Program-made: the position numbers and the translations under genes | Notes under the pieces: generated by a model | The model's input: only the letters and a program-made list of their open reading frames with translations | Database searches by the model: none | What the model was told of the DNA's origin: nothing | Shown: positions 1-9,054 of the stretch, in pieces | How positions within the stretch are numbered: position 1 is the stretch's first letter | Layout: each line of letters opens with the position of its first letter | DNA from: Candidatus Fermentithermobacillaceae bacterium | Lineage (GTDB): Bacteria; Bacillota; Sulfobacillia; Fermentithermobacillales; Fermentithermobacillaceae | Length of the DNA: 60,664 bases | Reading direction: 5' to 3' | Assembly: GCA_012512325.1 (NCBI GenBank) | Contig: JAAZEL010000061.1 | Coordinates: forward strand, 1-60,664

Positions 1-366
1 GCTGTAAACGATACGTACGGCCACGAAAAAGGAAATGATCTCCTCATCCACATTGCCAATCTCCTGGTCTCAAACGTTAGGAGCCAGGACCGGGTGGCAA
101 GGTATGGCGGAGATGAGTTTGTGATAGTATGCCCGCACACCAGTCTCTCGCAAGCCGTAACGCTGGCAAGAAGGATCCTCAAGACAATAGCGAAGCAGCC
201 CTTCACGTCCAACGGGATCGAGATCCCTTTCGGTCTGAGCATGGGGGTGGCTTCATGGCCTGATCACGGTGACACCGTGTTCGATGTGATCCGCATGGCC
301 GACCGAGCGATGTATTTTGCAAAAAGGCGCGGCGGAGGAAGGATTCACTCAGCCGCAGATCTGTGA
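1..366 (+). CDS. Diguanylate cyclase (GGDEF domain), 5'-truncated by the window edge
   Basis: Frame 1 is open from base 1: AVNDTYGHEKGNDLL...RVARYGGDEF...SMGVA...ADRAMYFAKRRG, the classic GGDEF motifs. Confidence 0.93.
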   Translation, partial: AVNDTYGHEKGNDLLIHIANLLVSNVRSQDRVARYGGDEFVIVCPHTSLSQAVTLARRILKTIAKQPFTSNGIEIPFGLSMGVASWPDHGDTVFDVIRMADRAMYFAKRRGGGRIHSAADL

Positions 367-505
367 CTCCTCTTCCCTCTAGAGCTTTCTCCTGACATTA
401 CCCGGCCGTGACACGGGACAAACCCTTTAGGCGAAGTCGTGCCTACTCCGGATCATGTGTGTCTTAGAACCCTGAAAAAAGGCGGCTTATATAGCGAACA
501 AGAGC

Positions 506-728
506 GGAGGATATGCAGCTTCTCCAGCGAAGGACCATGGATGATATACAGCCTCTGCTGCGAATGGCCACAGATGATATGCATCTTCTGTAGCGAGCAA
601 CTGTGGAGGATGTGCAGCTTCTAAAGGGAACAACCATGATGGAACATGGGGCTTCTGCAAACAGCCATGGAGGGTGTGCTGTTCTGCAGCTTCTGTGGAG
701 GACATGCAGCTTTTGCAGCGAATAGGAT
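506..728. repeat. Degenerate 33-bp tandem repeat, intergenic
   Basis: Four in-phase units start at 506, 539, 572 and 605 (e.g. GGAGGATATGCAGCTTCTCCAGCGAAGGACCAT), followed by degenerate units; the last starts at 697. Confidence 0.8.
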
Positions 729-764
729 AGAATTGTCGTTGGCTGAAAATGAACGAGGGCGCAG

Positions 765-1511
765 GTGAACGTTATGAGGATCATTGTATCCGCTGATTAC
801 GATGAAATGAGCAAGCTGGCGGCGGAGGATGTGGCCGGAATAATCCGGGAAAACCCCACGGTAGTCTTGGGATTGCCCACCGGAAGTACGCCCCTTGGCA
901 TGTATCGCAACCTTATCACGATGCACAAACAAGGCAACTTGTCCTTCAGGCACGTCACCACTTTCAACCTTGACGAGTACATAGGGCTGGAACCCGGACA
1001 TGTGAACAGCTACAGGTATTTCATGTACGAGAACTTCTTCAAGCATGTAGACATCCAGGAACAAAACATCAACATCCCCGACGGCAATGCGGCAGATCTA
1101 GAGCAAGAGTGCATGGATTATGAAGCCAAAATCCGGAACGCCGGGGGCATATACCTCATGGTCTTGGGGGTGGGAAACAACGGGCACATAGGGTTCAACG
1201 AACCGGCTGACCACTTCCCCATAGCCACCCATGTGACCCGACTAGATGAAAGCACCATCCGGGCAAATGCCAGGTTCTTCCGAAGCCCTGATGAGGTGCC
1301 TAGACTTGCGGTTACCATGGGCATAGGCAGTATCATGAGATCCAGGCGAATACTGCTTCTGGCCAGCGGAAATGCGAAGGCCCGAGCCATAAGCGCCGCC
1401 CTTGAAGGGTCTGTCACACCGGCACTTCCTGCATCCATCCTTCAATTCCACCCTGACGTTACTGTGATACTCGATGCTGAGGCGGCGTCGCTGCTCACAC
1501 GCAACCCCTAG
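765..1511 (+). CDS. nagB: Glucosamine-6-phosphate deaminase
   Basis: LGLPTGSTP, TFNLDEY, LGVGNNGHIGFNEP and TMGIGSIM motifs. The start may be ATG 774. Confidence 0.95.
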   Translation: MNVMRIIVSADYDEMSKLAAEDVAGIIRENPTVVLGLPTGSTPLGMYRNLITMHKQGNLSFRHVTTFNLDEYIGLEPGHVNSYRYFMYENFFKHVDIQEQNINIPDGNAADLEQECMDYEAKIRNAGGIYLMVLGVGNNGHIGFNEPADHFPIATHVTRLDESTIRANARFFRSPDEVPRLAVTMGIGSIMRSRRILLLASGNAKARAISAALEGSVTPALPASILQFHPDVTVILDAEAASLLTRNP

Positions 1512-1550
1512 GTCCGTGGTATCGTTCAGCATCGATTTCGCCCCATTCAA

Positions 1551-1578
1551 GCAGGAAAAGCGGGCCTATGTTTAGAAT
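1551..1578 (+). promoter_or_regulatory. SigH-like promoter
   Basis: GC-AGGAAAA-N15-GAAT upstream of the flavodoxin-family gene. Confidence 0.45.
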
Positions 1579-1706
1579 TGTGTAAGATGCAACAGCTGTG
1601 ACCGATGATTGTGACCGATGATCAAGAGGTCCGGTGTCCATCCATGGTGCATGCCCACGATAATGGCGCCCATGGCAACAGCAACGGAAGATACGGAGGT
1701 ATTCAG

Positions 1707-2276
1707 ATGAACATATTGGCTATTTCCGGCAGTCCCAGACCCGCCAGGAATACCGCAGGCCTTATGAAACTGATCGTAGAATCTGCCAAGGCACACGTTT
1801 CAAACGTGGACGCAATGTGGTGCAACCTTAACGACATGACCTATTCCGGGTGCCAGTCATGTCTCGCTTGCAAGGAACCTACTGCAAGAAGCTGCGTCCG
1901 AAAAGACGCCCTGGCTTTTGTCCTGGATGTGATGGTGGCGAGCCAGGCATGGGTGATCGGAACCCCTGTCTATATGGGTCATGTGAGTGGGCAGCTCAAG
2001 CTCCTCCTGGACAGGATGTACGGCTTCATCGGCCCAAATTGGGAAAACCGCCTGCCTGCGGGCAAGAGAGTGGTTGTCGCCATAACCCAAGGTGCAGGTG
2101 AGGAATGTCATAGAGACCTAGCGGAAGAGCTTGCAGAATTGCTTGGCCGGAGGGGGCTTGAGACCCGGGTTATCCGGGCTTGCAATATGCGCGTTGACGT
2201 GCCTGTGCCTGAGTTCAGCCAGGCAGTTAAGGAAGAAGCGGCCGCACTGGGAAAGTGGCTGGCGGGCGCCCTGTAA
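1707..2276 (+). CDS. Flavodoxin-family / iron-sulfur flavoprotein (NADPH-dependent FMN reductase-like)
   Basis: MNILAISGSPR, CQSCLACK...C cluster, GTPVYMG and LKLLLDR motifs. SD GGAGGT at 1695 supports the start at 1707 rather than 1605. Confidence 0.88.
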   Translation: MNILAISGSPRPARNTAGLMKLIVESAKAHVSNVDAMWCNLNDMTYSGCQSCLACKEPTARSCVRKDALAFVLDVMVASQAWVIGTPVYMGHVSGQLKLLLDRMYGFIGPNWENRLPAGKRVVVAITQGAGEECHRDLAEELAELLGRRGLETRVIRACNMRVDVPVPEFSQAVKEEAAALGKWLAGAL

Positions 2277-2411
2277 CATCCGACGCCAAGCCATGGAAGT
2301 ATGTAGACGAGACGCCCTAGAAAAACAGCTGGCGGGCGTCCTGTGGAATCCGGCCGACAACGCGATGTTTCCGTAAGAGACACCTAGGATGCGCCCTAAC
2401 ATCGGGATATA

Positions 2412-2440
2412 GCATTAGCCCTGTTAGGGCTATGTTTTTT
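2412..2440 (+). terminator. Rho-independent terminator
   Basis: TAGCCCT-GTT-AGGGCTA stem followed by a T-run. Confidence 0.7.
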
Positions 2441-2490
2441 GTGGGACGCCGGCCAGGTTTCATAAGAATTTCAATATTCTCATAATCATA

Positions 2491-2519
2491 GAAGGAGTCT
2501 CCGATTCCGCCTAGAGTAC
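2491..2519 (+). promoter_or_regulatory. SigH-like promoter of membrane cassette copy 1 (GAGT at -10)
   Basis: GAAGGA-N14-CTAGAGTAC, with the same spacing as GAAGGA-N14-CTAGAATAC upstream of copy 2. Confidence 0.4.
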
Positions 2520-2911
2520 TATGCCCTGAGAGTTACTCACGGTTGATGAGCGGTTGAGAGACCAGTATTTCGAAGCACCATTTCAGACCCGTAGACAGCT
2601 TCATCCAATCAATTCCTGAACTTGAGCAGCATGAGCCAAGCAATCCGTGAAGGTCGGACTACTAACCTATGCGGGGGTGATGCTAGCTCGGACACCTCTA
2701 CGCCCAGTTGGTTGCTTATCTGAAGCAATGCTCTCTTGCCAAGAAACCTCAGCATTTGCATCAGTCTTCATCATCTGCCCACTCCAGTAATGATGCCCGT
2801 ATGGCCGGAGAGGGTCCCGCAACAACGCGTTTCTGCACGCACAGCACCCATCTGTCACATGTTCCATGCAGCCGATATCTGATTTCTCAGCAAACCTGGA
2901 GGTGAGTCTAA

Positions 2912-3488
2912 TTGACCATGGCTCTACTGGCGGAAGAAGCTCCGAAAGGTGTCTTCATTTTCGCCCCTGAAATGCTTTGGGACTGCATTGTGATCTTGTC
3001 CTTGTTCATTTTGGTATTCCATTAACTTCACCCGGTTGCATTACGGCAACGTGGCAAGGCAGAGGCCCAAATGGATATACAGCGCCATAGCCCTGGTGGC
3101 GATGGTGCTTACATGTATCATTACTTTGGCTGACGGCGTCAACGGGGAAATTGCCGTGTTCTTGTACGATAACATTGCCAACAGGATTGACAGTGCCATC
3201 TACGCCCTCTTGGGTTTCTACGTGTGTTCAGCTGCTTACCGTTCTTTCAAACTTAAGAACCTTGAAGCAGGTATTTTGCTTGTGTCTGCAGTGCTCCTAA
3301 TGCTTGCCCAGGCACCCATCGGTGATGCCATGTTCCCGGGCATATCCAAGTTGGGTGAGTGGATCTTGAACGTTCCCAACTCGGCAGGTATGAGGGGAAT
3401 CCGACTGGGCGCAGGAATTGGAGCCTACGCTGCATCCATCAGGGTCATCCTGGGCCTTGAGCGCAGCTGGACCGGCTCGGGTTCATAA
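2912..3488 (+). pseudogene. Cassette membrane protein B, copy 1, frameshifted near 3010-3020
   Basis: SD GGAGGTGA at 2898 opens a frame that stops at 3023-3025. A second frame (…INFTRLHYG…AYRSF…MLAQAPIG…PNSAGMRGI…LGLERSW) is clearly paralogous to 56282-56914. Confidence 0.65.
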
Positions 3489-3505
3489 AGGAAGGAGGGT
3501 GTGAC

Positions 3506-4344
3506 ATGGATTGGGAGAAACTGCAACGGATTGACGTAAGGATCCTGTACGTGATCATCTTACTCTGCATGGCCATACCCATGTTCAAGCCGTTTGGCTT
3601 GCCTGTGGCTATCTCCGAGAACTCCAGGAAGGTGTACCAGGTCATCGAAGACCTGCCCGACGGTTCGGTGATATGGGGTCTCACGACACCGGCCCGGGAA
3701 ACGCTCCTGAACTTAACCCGATGATAACAGCGCTTGCAAGGCAAGCTTTCCGCAAGAACTGCAAACTGGTAGGGACTGCTTTCTTCAATGAGACTGTAGG
3801 GCCTACCTTGCTATATAACCACATAAACGAAGTGGCACAGGAAATGGGCAAGGAATACGGCGTCGATTGGGTCAACCTCGGGTACAGGCTTAACGCAGAG
3901 GCATGCATGAAGGTAATGGTAGACGATGTGTGGGAAGGCGTCGGCGGTGTTGATTGGACCGGCACCCCTCTTGACAACTTCCCGTTGATGCAGCAGGTTA
4001 GATCCATCCGCGATGATGTGGCCCTTCTTTTCGTTACTACTGTAGGAACTCCGGGGTACAGCACCTGGATGACATTTGTTACCCAGCCCTTGAACAAGCC
4101 GCTGACCGGTGGCGCGTCACTTACCATGTACTCCGGTGTGCAGCACTACATCCGGTCAGGACAGCTAAAGGGCTTCCTAGGCGGTCTAAGGGGAGCGGCC
4201 GAGTATGAACAGCTGGTGGGATACCCTGGTCAAGGGCTGGCCGGCATGGATGCGCAGTCTATGGGACACATTACAGTGCTCGTGTTCTTGATCCTCGGCA
4301 ATATCGGCTACTTCATGGCGCGCGGTAAGAACAGCCGGCGATAG
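3506..4344 (+). pseudogene. Cassette protein C, copy 1, with a 1-nt deletion frameshift at about 3675-3680
   Basis: ORF 3506-3724 joins ORF 3673-4344 at TGGGGTC. The joined protein aligns end to end with 55403-56272 (PGNAxE, EYGVDxVNLGY, LGGLxGAAExE, MDAQS). Confidence 0.8.
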
Positions 4345-4359
4345 AAAGGAGGCATTGCT

Positions 4360-4959
4360 GTGGAACAGTTCGGATATATCGTCTCCTCCATCTGCATATT
4401 GATGGCGTGGTCATACCTGATTAAGGAGAACGCCGTTTACAACTTCGCTGAACATCTCTTGGTCGGCATGGCAGTAGGCAGAGGTATTGCCTACACAATA
4501 GAAGTCCAGCTGAAACCCAGAATCGTCGACGGCATGATCGGCCAAGGGCGTTGGAGCCTCATTATCCCGGCTATCATCGGCTGCCTCATCTACTTCCGAT
4601 TCGTTAGAGGTTACGAATGGTTAAGTAGAATTTGTATGGCCGTGTGGATTGGTTACGGCGCCGGTAACGCTCTGGCGTTCAACCCCGCAACCTACATGCC
4701 GCAAATATTCGATAGCTTCATCAAGCTGGACAGCTTCGACAACATAATCTACTTCTTAATAGTCATCAGCGTCCTGTGGTACTTCATCTTCACAGTGCGC
4801 AAAGACTCAGGTTTCGGGCAGCAGTTTTCAAGGGCGGGCAGGTACGCGCTGATGGTAGCGTTCGGATCTGCTTACGGATCCATTACCATGTCATACTTGT
4901 CCTTGATCATCGGGCAGCTCGAGATAATCCTGAGGGATACATTGCATCTGGTGAAGTAG
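4360..4959 (+). CDS. Cassette membrane protein D, copy 1 (hypothetical, multi-pass)
   Basis: KENAVYNFAEHLLVG and LMVAFGSAYG match 54810-55406; SD AAGGAGG. Confidence 0.8.
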   Translation: MEQFGYIVSSICILMAWSYLIKENAVYNFAEHLLVGMAVGRGIAYTIEVQLKPRIVDGMIGQGRWSLIIPAIIGCLIYFRFVRGYEWLSRICMAVWIGYGAGNALAFNPATYMPQIFDSFIKLDSFDNIIYFLIVISVLWYFIFTVRKDSGFGQQFSRAGRYALMVAFGSAYGSITMSYLSLIIGQLEIILRDTLHLVK

Positions 4960-4982
4960 CAAGGGGTGCTTCGGGTAATTAC

Positions 4983-5016
4983 GAGGCCGGGAGGCTGGCA
5001 CATGGCCCCCCGGCCT
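4983..5016. terminator. Stem-loop between convergent genes
   Basis: GAGGCCGGG...CCCGGCCTC inverted repeat. Confidence 0.5.
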
Positions 5017-5100
5017 CTAACATTTGTCGTCGCGCGTAAGTCATACAAGTGATCAGCACAGGCGTGAAACGTGACCGGAGCTCTACCGGTCCCTTTGTTA

Positions 5101-6441
5101 TCAGATCTTGTTCGTCCGCCTCCATATGCTCATCTGCTCGGCGTGGCGGATCAGGTCATCCCTGAAGTCAGGATGGGCAATGGAAATGAGCATCTCTGCT
5201 CTCTCCCAGGTGCTCCGGCCTGCCAGGTTGACCATCCCCCATTCAGTTACGATATACATGGCCTGGCTCCTGGGATCCGTGACTATGCTCCCGGGAGACA
5301 ACACCGGCACCACCCGGGATTTTACTTCCCCCGTACGTGGATTAGTGTACGTGGAAGACATGCACACGAAAGCCTTCCCTTCCCTGGACATGAGCGCACC
5401 TGTGACAAAATCCAACTGGCCGCCGGTACCGCTTATGTGCCGGGTACCAACTGATTCGGCGTTAATCTGGCCGTACAGGTCCACCTCTATGCAGCCATTG
5501 ATGGCGACCAGACGCTCGTGCTGGGCCATTACCCAAGGGGAATTGGTGTACTCCACCGGATATGATGCAAGCCCCGGATTGTGATGCACCCAGTCGTAAA
5601 GCTCCTGGCTACCCAGGCCAAACGACCACACTCCCTTACCCGGGTCAATAGTCTTTCTCCTGTTGGTAAGCTTCCCCGCCCTGTACATGTCCAGGTAAGC
5701 GTCGCACAGCATCTCAGTATGCATTCCGAGGTCTCTTAGGTCAGATTCGGCGAGCATCTTGCCGACGAGATTCGGCATGGCACCGATTCCAAGTTGGATT
5801 ACGGAACCGTCCTGCACCTGGCTGCAGATCATCTCGGCTATCTTCCTATCCGCCTCTGTAGGCTCCACAGGACTCAGGACAGCTAAGGGTTCATGGGGCC
5901 CTTCCACCACTGCGTCAACTTCCGAGATATGAACCAGCTCACCGTATCCACCGCACGCCCACGGGAGATGTTCGTTGACTTCCAGGATGATCGTCTTGGC
6001 CTTGTCCAATACGGCCCTGGTAGAAGAGTTGGTAAGGGAAAGATTGAAGTACCCGTGTTTATCCATGGGTGTAACTGCAATGCAAGCCACGTCGACTTCG
6101 AGATACTTGCGGTAGAAGGTTGCCTGGCTGCGATATGTCATGGGTAAGTAATTGCACAGGCCTTGTTCGTGGTACCTTCGCTCAGGCGTACTGAAATGCC
6201 AGCTGTTGTATGTGAAACTCTTGCGCTCGGGATCAGCCTCCACTATATTAAGGAGCTTTGGCATGACCCCGCCCCGGACCTTCACGTCCCTGAGTTCACC
6301 CACCCGCTTGGACAACGCTTCATCCAGGAGTTCCGGCATATTGTGGTTCATCCCGTAATCCACCCAGTCGCCGCTCTTAATCAGCTGTACCGCTTCATCC
6401 GGGGTCTTCAATTTCCGCTTGTATTCGGCGTAATAATCCAT
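5101..6441 (-). CDS. Acetyl-CoA hydrolase/transferase family, butyryl-CoA:acetate CoA-transferase (But)-like
   Basis: MDYYAEYKRKLKTPDEAVQLIKSGDWVDYG N-terminus, QLGIGAMPN, GMHTEM (catalytic Glu) and SGTGGQLDF. An SD supports the start at 6441. Confidence 0.88.
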   Translation of the reverse strand: MDYYAEYKRKLKTPDEAVQLIKSGDWVDYGMNHNMPELLDEALSKRVGELRDVKVRGGVMPKLLNIVEADPERKSFTYNSWHFSTPERRYHEQGLCNYLPMTYRSQATFYRKYLEVDVACIAVTPMDKHGYFNLSLTNSSTRAVLDKAKTIILEVNEHLPWACGGYGELVHISEVDAVVEGPHEPLAVLSPVEPTEADRKIAEMICSQVQDGSVIQLGIGAMPNLVGKMLAESDLRDLGMHTEMLCDAYLDMYRAGKLTNRRKTIDPGKGVWSFGLGSQELYDWVHHNPGLASYPVEYTNSPWVMAQHERLVAINGCIEVDLYGQINAESVGTRHISGTGGQLDFVTGALMSREGKAFVCMSSTYTNPRTGEVKSRVVPVLSPGSIVTDPRSQAMYIVTEWGMVNLAGRSTWERAEMLISIAHPDFRDDLIRHAEQMSIWRRTNKI

Positions 6442-6572
6442 TGCAGTTTTCCCCTCTCCCCATACGTTATTTTGGGTCAAGTAGCTGGTAAACACCTTTT
6501 CCGGGAAGTGCTGAGCTCTTGGTTTCCCGGCCTCCCGGTTTCTTGGCTTCCCGGTTTCTTGGGCGGAAGTAT

Positions 6573-6600
6573 ATTCTATGCTTGTCACAGAGAATCCTCC
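6573..6600 (-). promoter_or_regulatory. SigH-like promoter
   Basis: Minus strand GG-AGGATTC-N15-GAAT upstream of the CoA-transferase. Confidence 0.5.
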
Positions 6601-6731
6601 AGTAAAGTCAAAAACCTCCATTACTGCAAAAACTACACTGCAGCACAACAGTGTTATGGCCTTGAGCTATCCGCGTCCGGCAGGAAAACACAATGCCCCA
6701 CCAGAATGATGAAGCCCAAGGGGGTTCCAGG

Positions 6732-7379
6732 ATGATATCGCAAATAGTCATGAGCCCGATAGGGTTTCTTAGGCTGACTGTGGAGGACGGTCGCGTCACC
6801 GGGCTTGAATTCGTCAGAGGCGCCGACAGGATGAATCGGACCACCAGTACATCGTTTACTGGGCCATCTGCACGCCCGTCCAGAGGCTCATCTAGAGGGC
6901 CGTCTGCACACCTGCCAAGAGGCCTATCCGGTGGCCCATCTGCAGGTCAATCTGTATGCTTGTCCAGCGGCCCGTCTACAGGCCCGCGGGTAGTTCCACT
7001 GCACACCGAATCCTCGGCTGACGGGAACGAAAGGGACCGGAATGCTCTGGCTCAGGCAATCCAGGAACTGGACGCATATTTCGCAGGCCGGTTGCGGAAC
7101 TTCAGCGTGCCCATCAGGCTTACCGGAACGAGATTCCAGCAATCGGTGTGGGACGCCTTGCGACAGATAGGTTGCGGAGAAACCAAGACCTATCGTGACG
7201 TTGCTATGGCGGTGGGTTCCCCCGGGGCTGCCCGGGCTGTAGGAAACGCGTGCGCAGCAACCCCTGTGGCCATTATCGTTCCCTGCCACAGGGTTGTGGC
7301 CCAGACAGGGCTTGGAGGCTTCGGAGGCGGCCTGGATACCAAACGGTGGTTGCTGGAGCTGGAAAGCAGGCATACATAA
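6732..7379 (+). CDS. ogt: Methylated-DNA--protein-cysteine S-methyltransferase with an internal repeat insertion
   Basis: SPIGFLRL, GTRFQQSVW, ARAVGNAC and the active-site IIVPCHRV motif. Confidence 0.9.
   Translation: MISQIVMSPIGFLRLTVEDGRVTGLEFVRGADRMNRTTSTSFTGPSARPSRGSSRGPSAHLPRGLSGGPSAGQSVCLSSGPSTGPRVVPLHTESSADGNERDRNALAQAIQELDAYFAGRLRNFSVPIRLTGTRFQQSVWDALRQIGCGETKTYRDVAMAVGSPGAARAVGNACAATPVAIIVPCHRVVAQTGLGGFGGGLDTKRWLLELESRHT
6861..6980 (+). repeat. 36-bp (12-aa) degenerate tandem repeat inside ogt
   Basis: Units at 6861, 6897, 6933 and 6969 encode GPSARPSRGSSR / GPSAHLPRGLSG / GPSAGQSVCLSS / GPST. Confidence 0.8.
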
Positions 7380-7418
7380 GAGGCGCTGATCAAGATAAGG
7401 ACAAGCATATAATATGTG

Positions 7419-7442
7419 AGGGCCGGGGATCCGCCCGGCCCT
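7419..7442. terminator. Stem-loop between convergent ogt and the M20 gene
   Basis: AGGGCCGGG-GATCCG-CCCGGCCCT perfect 9-bp stem. Confidence 0.6.
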
Positions 7443-7489
7443 GCAATTCTTGATCTACCAGGCTTATGGCTCACAAAGTGAGCCTAGGG

Positions 7490-8905
7490 CTAGCTGAAGA
7501 ACCTATCCAACGGGAACTCCTTGCCCTTGGGAAATGGGCATTTGTAAGGGGAATCCTTGGTCTTTTCCCTGAATTCGTCCCAGGCTTTCTGTATGAGGCC
7601 TGGGTTTTCCACAAGATTGAGCCCGCACAAGGCCATGGTCTTAGCAGCTACCAGCATTCCCTTGTGGCCTATGGAGCTGCCTGACGAAGCGCAGTGTTGC
7701 CACGAATGCCCGGGGCAGCCAATGGGCACTGTTGCGGCTGACATCTGGACAGTAGGCACTATCCAGCTTACGTCGCCTACGTCTGTTGAGCCGCCGCCTG
7801 ATCTACCCTTGCCCCTTGGAGGCAACAGAGAGGTATGAAGCACTTGTTGCCTGAGATCAGGGAACTCCTGAAAATCCTGGCTCTTGTACAAGTTCTCTAT
7901 CTGGGACTTGTCGAAAGTCTCGGCCAGGCTCTTGGCGAATTCCAGGTCCTTTTCATCGAATTGAGGCGGACCCACCTGCTGCAAGCAGTCCCACATGACG
8001 TCAGCCAGAACCTCGTTGAGAAGCACCTCATAGCATCCGGTCAGGAAGTCAATCTCAAAGGCGGTTTCTGTCATGAGTGCAGCGCCTCTTGCAACGTTCA
8101 CAAGCCTCTCGTAGATTTCTTCCACCTGAGCCCTCCTGGGTGCCCTCACAAAATACCATACCTCAGCAAAGGCAGGTACCACGTTAGGTTGCCCGCCGCC
8201 TGAGGTGATCACATAATGGATGGTAGCGTCCTTTATCACATGTTCACGCAAGTAGTTGGCGCCCACGTTCATGAGTTCCACGGCGTCCAAGGCCGAGCGG
8301 CCGCTGTGGGGATCCCCTGCTGCATGGGCAGTCTTCCCGAAGAACTGGAACTTGGCTGAGCTCAGCCCGGTCCCGCTGCCTAGCCTGACGGTATTCATCG
8401 AGCCTGGATGCCAGGTGATTGCCACATCCAGATCTGAAAACAGGTTCTCCCTGGCCATATATACCTTACCCGCCAGGAGTTCCTCGGCAGGACAGCCGTA
8501 GTAACGTACGGTGCCCGGGAGCTTCCTCTTCTCCAAAACTTCCTTGAGAGCAACGGCTGCTCCCATGGCAGCTGTGCCAAGGAGATTATGCCCGCACCCG
8601 TGGCCGGGGCCCCCTTCTACCCTTGGCTTTCTCTCAGCCGATACTTCCTGGGATACGCCTGCCAAGGCATCGTACTCACCCAGAAATCCTATGTACGGCC
8701 TTCCTTCTCCCCACTCTGCCACAAAGGCGGTGGGGATTCCTCCGGCTCCCATTGTAACCTGAAAGCCTTGTGCTTCAAGATAATCAGCCTGCATTTTCGC
8801 CGAGCGCGTCTCTTGGAAACCCAACTCAGCGAAATCCCAGATGGCGTCTGCAATCCGTATGAGATCCGGTGCTTTGTCATCAATTGTCTTCAACACATCC
8901 GCCAA
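7490..8905 (-). CDS. M20 family amidohydrolase (AbgB-like)
   Basis: ELGFQETRSA, GEYDALAG, GHGCGHNLLG, CPAEE, GKTAHAAGDP and GSTDVGDVSW motifs. The TTG start at 8905 follows a GGGAGG SD. Confidence 0.9.
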   Translation of the reverse strand: MADVLKTIDDKAPDLIRIADAIWDFAELGFQETRSAKMQADYLEAQGFQVTMGAGGIPTAFVAEWGEGRPYIGFLGEYDALAGVSQEVSAERKPRVEGGPGHGCGHNLLGTAAMGAAVALKEVLEKRKLPGTVRYYGCPAEELLAGKVYMARENLFSDLDVAITWHPGSMNTVRLGSGTGLSSAKFQFFGKTAHAAGDPHSGRSALDAVELMNVGANYLREHVIKDATIHYVITSGGGQPNVVPAFAEVWYFVRAPRRAQVEEIYERLVNVARGAALMTETAFEIDFLTGCYEVLLNEVLADVMWDCLQQVGPPQFDEKDLEFAKSLAETFDKSQIENLYKSQDFQEFPDLRQQVLHTSLLPPRGKGRSGGGSTDVGDVSWIVPTVQMSAATVPIGCPGHSWQHCASSGSSIGHKGMLVAAKTMALCGLNLVENPGLIQKAWDEFREKTKDSPYKCPFPKGKEFPLDRFFS

Positions 8906-9004
8906 AAAGTATCGCCTCCCCTGAATCTGGCAGGACCCGTTAAACACATTTGGTAACCAATCGAGCCGGCAACCAACGCCTCGACATTTGGCCGGCTCCA
9001 TGAT

Positions 9005-9031
9005 CTTCTCCGTTGAACTAGGTTTTCCTGC
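9005..9031 (-). promoter_or_regulatory. SigH-like promoter (GAAG at -10)
   Basis: Minus strand GC-AGGAAAA-N14-GAAG. Confidence 0.35.
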
Positions 9032-9054
9032 ACTATTTTTGGTTGCGGACTAAC

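Noticed and set aside
506-728. CRISPR array
   Set aside because: Units are contiguous and degenerate, with no unique spacers and no cas genes; the same applies to 15750-15881.
1597-1622. Perfect 13-bp tandem duplication TGTGACCGATGAT
   Set aside because: Only two copies and no evident function.
2293-2376. Short ORF or ncRNA after the flavoprotein gene
   Set aside because: No SD and no recognisable RNA family motif.
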